DNA of 64,000 nt from Sphaerodactylus townsendi (Eukaryota). Position 1 is the first letter of the stretch, and each line of letters begins with the position of its first letter. The stretch covers positions 74,958,001 to 75,022,000 of the forward strand of contig NC_059428.1 in NCBI RefSeq assembly GCF_021028975.2. The letters are read 5' to 3'. The translations under genes were made by a program, and so were the position numbers. Shown in pieces: positions 57,234-64,000 of the stretch. Below the pieces are notes generated by a model. It saw only the letters and a program-made list of their open reading frames with translations, did not search any database and was not told the DNA's origin.

Positions 57234-57748
57234 GTAAGAACATAAGAACATAAGAACAAGCCAGCTGGATCAGACCAAAGTCCATCTAGTCCAGCTCTCT
57301 GCTACTCGCAGTGGCCCACCAGGTGCCTTTGGGAGCTCACATGTAGGATGTGAACGCAATGGCCTTCTGCGGCTGTTGCTCCCGATCACCTGGTCTGTTA
57401 AGGCATTTGCAATCTCAGATCAAAGAGGATCAAGATTGGTAGCCATAAATCGACTTCTCCTCCATAAATCTGTCCAAGCCCCTTTTAAAGCTATCCAGGT
57501 TAGTGGCCATCACCACCTCCTGTGGCAGCATATTCCAAACACCAATCACACGTGAAGAAGTGTTTCCTTTTATTAGTCCTAATTCTTCCCCCCAGCATTT
57601 TCAATGAATGCCCCCTGGTTCTAGTATTGTGAGAAAGAGAGAAAAATTTCTCTCTGTCAACATTTTCTACCCCATGCATAATTTTATAGACTTCAATCAT
57701 ATCCCCCCTTAGCCGCCTCCTCTCCAAACTAAAGAGTCCCAAACGCAG
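57234..57748 (-). mobile_element. CR1 LINE 3' fragment, same young family as 41778-42986
   Basis: RLGLFSLERRRLRGDMIEVYKIMHG. Near-identical reverse complement of 42470-42986, including the (AAGAACAT)n tail. Confidence 0.92.
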
Positions 57749-60700
57749 ATGGGCCACCCTAAGTGGTAACAGACAAATGTCAAGAATGCTGAACAATTAG
57801 AAGTTTTATATAAAGGTTCATTTTCATTAAGCAGTGTGTTTATGATTCAGGTATTGAGTTGGTATCACTCAGAATAGTGTTAATGACTGTGTGACATGTG
57901 TATGAACACAGGAAGAGGTCTGCTAATGAAAATGTAAAAACAATGCTTAAATAGAGCATGCTGCATAAAATGCACATTTAGCAATGTTATAAAAATTAAG
58001 CTGATCTTTTTCACATAGCATCAGCATTCCTAAACTTCCACAAGCACTTAAAAAGCAAGCACAACAGAAGAGGACTCCATATTGGCAAAAAGCCATTTTA
58101 ATTTTGCCTGCTGATTTGCAATTTGTTCTGCATAAATACACCAGTGAATGGAAGCATCACCTCGGGCTACAGAAGAATGCTGATAGGTAGAAGAGGAAAG
58201 ATCAAATGAAGGTTATGAAGTCTTCTAAATCAGATTATTTCTATTCTACTCCATCACCCATTAAAAACTGCTAACCAATTTGAAGTAACGGCCTTGATGC
58301 AAGATCCATGCACACCAACTTGGGTCCTTCCACAGGTAGCACAAAACTGCACCATTGCTGTGGTAGCAGCAATGAGTGGTGTCAAAGCAGGTAGGGAGGG
58401 GTTCCACATACCCCATCCCTATTGTACTCGCTACCACTGATCTACCTTTCCTTCCACTACATCAGCACTGAAGCACCAATACAATGACAACCACATCAAC
58501 ATGCTTCCTGCCCCAGTAAGTACCTCCCCTTCCAGCTGGCCCACAGCTCAGTGATGTTAACCGATTAAAAAGTAGAGGCAGAAATGCAGATCTTAACTCT
58601 GTCTACTTCCCTAGATTAGCTGCAGGTGAGCATCAGTATGGACACACTGCCAGCAGCTATCCCACACTTCCTTCCTTAATCTGTTTTAAAGGGGAAAACC
58701 CCAGGAAGACCACTAGTCACACCTGTAAAGAGTGTGATGTATGGTTGTTAGATGTGTGGATGTTAAGTTTAAAAGTGGGGTTATGATTCTGCCAATTCAG
58801 AGAAACATCTCTTGAAAGCAGCCTGTACTAGCTCAACACACACAACCACAGCGTTTCTGAACTACAGAAAGATGTCCAAAGAACCTTCAAAGTCATAAAG
58901 ACACAGTTGCCATTGCCTTGAACTAAGCACATGAATCCATGCACACACAAGTCATATTGCAAATGCAGGGATCACAATATGGCTTAATATTGCTAAATTC
59001 AAAAGGAAAAGGAAAAGTTGCAGCCAAAAGAAGTGAATAACACAGTACAAATAAAAAACACACTCCTGTTATTTCAAATGCTAGGATGACAAGTAGGAAG
59101 GTAACTTCTCTTCATTGAGCGCTTAACATTTGAGCCTTGGTGCAAGCAAGGTCAAGGTACTGTGGTCTTTCTTTGCCTTCTTTTCAGCTGTCACTGCATA
59201 TAAAACAAGTATTCCTTGGGGGAGGATGAAGATGGCCTTGTCAGAAAATGACAGCCAGAATACTATTAAAAAATATTCCCAGTAGGGAAAATTTTTTTCT
59301 TCCAGATGGAAGACAACCCACAGCACCACCAGAATAATGATATATGTGTAAATGTACTTTTACTTCATGTCAAAAGCTTATTTCACTTTAAAAAATATTT
59401 AATGTGATGTTTTCATTCTACAGAAATGCAAGTATAAAATGCTAAGCAGCAAAATTGTTTTACAGGCTGAATTCTTTTAATACACAGTAAAAACACCTAT
59501 TTCTGTTATAGGCCAACTACATCATTCCTGTAATGCTCAAATGGTATTTGTCTATGATAAACTTGTACTCAGTTGTCTCTGACAGTCACAAGACTATTTG
59601 TCATGTATTTTCAGTCACATGAGCATCCTGTAAACATTATGAAAAAGGCACAGTCGATTCATAGACAAGAGGTCTATCTTTGCTGTAACATCACTGAAAA
59701 TGACAAAGATGTTGGAAAAGAACATGGCTCAACCAAGATGAGGTGGGAAAGGGTCAGCTAGTAGCAGGATGTGCAGAATTTGCAGTGTGTGTATTATTTT
59801 CATCTAAGAAAGAAGTTTGGAGCTATAAGACAGAAGTGACAAACAATTACTGACTAGAAGGTGTGCCAGATGCTGGGAACAGAACAAAGAGTGAACGCTG
59901 TGGGAAAAGGAATCTACAGATGCATCTACTTGGAAAATTTCTTCCATCCTGACTTTCCAATGAAAGCAGGGACTACCCCAGCATCCATATACTGTCATCT
60001 TGCATCATGTTTTTCTGTCACATTCTGTGTTCTCCTATGGTTTGTTTTGATGTTTCTGGAACCAGCTTTCCTCTGATCTTTCCCCACTGGTATTCTGAAT
60101 ACCATCTCTTTTCTTGTGGGACTGAAAGGTGGGAACAGAAGGACAATGCACAGGAATCCCACTTTGGGACTTGGCTTCCCCTCCTCTAATCAGTTTCCTC
60201 TCTCTTGCTTACCTGTGTCCTTGCCATCCCAGTTCCAGCAGTGCTGTTGGGATTTCTGAAGGATGTTTCTGGAATCCTGAGGTTTGTTTCTGGAATCCTG
60301 AGGTTCTGAAAGGGCTTCTTAAGAGGTACATGTTAGTTATCTGCCTTTCATGTAGCCTTATTAGTTGCTTGTGTGAAATGCTCCCTTTTTGTGCATGGTG
60401 CCCTTTCACCAGAGTGCCCATTAATGTCCTCTAAGGTCCACTAGGCATTAGCATTAAGTAACATAGCCACAGACATGGATGGATTCAAATATATATTATA
60501 CAGCCGGGGCTTGATGTGCTATCATTGCCTGCATAATTTAAGTTCCACAACAATCCTGGAAGACTTTTATTTCTTACCTCCATATTACAGATGTAGTTAA
60601 GGGACTGAGGACCAAAAATACATGTTATGTTAGTTCACAGGTATCTGTCCTGAGTCTCAGCCGCACATTCATACAGGGACTAACCTATAAAAACCTCTCA

Positions 60701-63700
60701 GTTGCTCTCTTTAGTTCCAAATGCTCCAAGGGGAAGAAAAAGCTTCAGACTAGACTTGAACAATTAAACAAAATCAGTAAAATTCAGATTTGTGTTTTTC
60801 AGGCTTCCAAATTACTGGGAATCCCCCAATATCTGATTCATGAAGGGTTTCCCGAAAAACACCCCCCAAAATTGGGTCAATTTAAACCTATGGGTATTTT
60901 TTTTGCATTTTTCAGTTTTACTCCTGTAGGGGGTGCATTTTTCAAGATAGTGGCACAGAACTTTCAGAGTGACTTTCATAGACTCTCCTGATAAGACCAA
61001 CCATGTTTGGTGAAGTTTGGTTCAGGGCATACAATGTTATGGGCCCCCTCTCCCATTGTTTTCAATGGTTTCTAAAAGGAGATGGGGGCTTTCCATTTGA
61101 GGACTTGTAGGACTCCCCCCCAAAAAACTTCTCCAAACCTGGATGCTGTTATCAGGAGGGTCTCCCAAAACCACCTGGAAAATCTGGCACAACTATCTTG
61201 AAAAATTCCCCCCCTACAGACACCCCCATAAATTCCCTAGATTCTCCTATTAAACTGACCTAGCTCCATCGTAACCAATGGAAATTTTCTGGGTGTGGAT
61301 GCAAGAAACACATTTTTCAAGATAGAGGCACCAAACTTTCAGGGTGACTTCAGGAGACCCTCCTAGTTGGAGCACCCAAGTTTTGCGAAGGGGGTCAGTG
61401 CTATGGGTCCTCAAAGGGGTAATTTTCATCCCCCCCCCATTGCCCACTGAACCAAACTTCACCCAAATTGGATGCTCTCATCAGGAGAATTTCCCAAACC
61501 ACCCTGCAAGTTTGGTGTCTCAGCTTTAAAAATGCACCTCCTAAAAACACCCTCAGAAATTTCCCATTGGCTACAATGTAGCCAAGCCAAGATAGAAGAA
61601 ACTGGTAGGCTTCACCAACTATCTATGGTGGAAAATATTCCATCATAGACTTCCATGTCCCATCATAAATTTGCATGTGCGTGAAAAACATTGTATGTGT
61701 GTGAGAAAAATTATTACTTTTTTCCATCATTGACTTACATCATTGACTTGCTGTTGTGCTTCAAATTATATTGCTCAAGATTGTATTGGGGGCTCTGGTG
61801 GGAGTCTTGCTCTGGGTAGGGGCATCAGATTTTCCACAGTGGTGACTCTCCTCACATGAACCAACCAACTTTGCTGAAGTTTGGATGGGTAGGGGCCCAA
61901 TTCTGTGGGCACCAAGCTTTCCTTCACTTGGGTGGCCATAGCATTGCCCCTTCCATCCAAACTTCAGAAAGTTGGTTGGTTCTTGTGAAGGGAGTCACCA
62001 GCAGCTCTATGGCAAAATTATCAAATATATGATGTAACTCTTTCTGGGGCAACTGGGTTCTTTCTTTCAATGTTTGAGCTGAAGCCCCACAGGATATAGA
62101 TATATACAGATATGAATAATTTTTGGGGATTCAATTTCAATAAGCCTTTATTGGCATATACACAATAGTATAAAATTACAGTTCCAGTTAAAAAGTGAAT
62201 AGTAAAAAACTTCACGTTTGTCATACATTCAGTTTACAAACTTCTGACAAAAACTTTGCCACTATAAGGCAACAATGAAAATCCTGACAATTTAAAAGCA
62301 TAACTACTTTATCTGATTCAGTATAATCAATCATGGGCTCATTCCGCACACGCAGAATAATGCACTTTCAAGCTGCTTTCAGGGCTCTTTGAAGCTGTGC
62401 GGAATGGCAAAAACAGTTGTGAAAGCAGCTTGAAAGTGCATTATTTTGCGTGTGCGGAATGAGCCAGTGGGTCTATAGCTTGGGATAACAGGCTGGATCG
62501 GAGTTGGTATAATAAGCAGTTCAGGAGAATGTGTGGGAATTTTGGGGGATACTGAAACTGAACATTTTAAAGGGAGGGGAGTGCTGATAATCTCCAGGAT
62601 CCCCCATCACACAAAATTCTCTCTTTAAAAAAAATAAGACTACTTTTGTAGCTTTAACTTACCTGTCAGGGCCATTACATTTTTCTGTCAGGGCCATTAC
62701 ATTACATTACAATTATCTGAAATAATGAAGTACACTGCATACATTGATAATATGGAAGAATCAAACATCATTTTTACCATATTACTCTAATGGTGTGTTT
62801 GCAATTTTAAATTAATATTATTACAGACCATGTACTATTAGTTCTGCTCAATAATGTTTATATAAATATATCAAAACACTTCACAACTATATCAAAATAT
62901 TCATAGATATATCAAAGGCTCATTCTGCACATGCAGAATAATGCACTTTCAAACTGCTTTCAGTGCTCTTTGAAGCTGTGCGGAATGGCAAAATCCACTT
63001 GCAAACAGTTGTGAAAGTGGTTTGAAAATGCATTATTTTGCGTGTGCAGAAAGGGCCAAAATATGTTGCAGTAATTTTTCAATTAGTAAGATTTGTCAGT
63101 AGTATGAAGTCCATAGCACAGATGGCAGTAGAGATAATGGTTTAATATGCAAGTCCATCTAATGAACTCATATTGAGAGGGAAGGCAGCATGGCATAGCT
63201 CAGTCTCATCAGATCTCTAAAGTTAAGCAGAGTTGGTACGTGAGAGGGAGATCTCCCCGGAAGACTTAGCAAGGAAAGCAGTGGCAAACCACTTCTGCTT
63301 TTTACTTGCCTTGAAAACTCCTTGTTATGATCACTGCAAGTTAGAGGCGACTTGATGGCACTTTACACATACACAGAGAACGGACTTATGCATTAAATAA
63401 GACTTGATCTGGAACTGCCTGGCTCACAATTCATTCACTTAATCATTACACTACACCCGTCTCATTTTCACTTTATGCCTAAAATGGCTCAGTGATATAC
63501 TTACTGAGCCAATAATGGACCATCAAGCTCCTGATATTTAAAAAGACGGTTTGGAATTCTCAGATGGAAACCAGTGCAATCACAAAATAATACTGTTGTC
63601 TTTAGCAAACAATACAAGAATATGGATGCTTTAATAATATTTCTATTGTGTTATAAAACAAGAAACGTTCTGCATTCTGCTGGTCTAATTCCCTAGTGTG

Positions 63701-64000
63701 AATTTGCTAGGACACACAAAATGTCTAATTTGGATGCATAAGAAAGAAATCCCAAGGAAGGATCTTCTCACAGTGAAGAATCAAATCTGCTGTAGCCCAC
63801 ATTCATTCTATGCTTGTGATTCTAAGTACATAGGAAGATTTGCAACAACCACTTCCCCAAAATGCACCTAGGATAAGGTTGTGAAGCAAAAAATCTTGAT
63901 ATGCTACTAGCCAATATTCACACTATAGTCCAGTAACAGAACAGTCAGGTTAGAGCTGTGGCTCAGTGGCAGAGGATCTGCTTCTTGGTCCTAAATTTGA

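Overview
Vertebrate genomic DNA, most likely a squamate reptile (the repeat content suggests a gecko or other lizard). Bases 44-18321 are a full-length 18.3 kb Maverick/Polinton (adintovirus-like endogenous dsDNA virus). It has 5'-AG...CT-3' termini, a perfect 6-bp TSD (TTGGGG) and about 2.0 kb terminal inverted repeats (TIRs). The + module encodes integrase-chromodomain, penton, a core protein with a poly-Lys tail, major capsid and a protease with a premature stop. The convergent - module encodes a frameshifted pPolB, a packaging ATPase, a pX-like protein and a conserved unknown protein. Reading splice signals by hand reveals three spliced units that the ORF track misses. (i) A 3-exon gene inside the left TIR boundary is rich in host-signalling motifs (two YxxM, DSGxxS, TPPxT, IxCxE). 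(ii) A 2-exon gene inside the right TIR boundary has an NLS, a cyclin-docking-like motif and a Cys/His-rich domain. (iii) Five small phase-1 exons, two of them from a tandem duplication, splice in frame onto the pPolB ORF. Each TIR ends exactly at a CCAAT/TATA cassette pointing inward at genes (i) and (ii). The rest of the window is host DNA: the complete XK gene (3 exons, - strand), LANCL3 exons 2-5 (- strand), CR1 LINE fragments, SINEs, hAT and Harbinger-like MITEs, and microsatellites.
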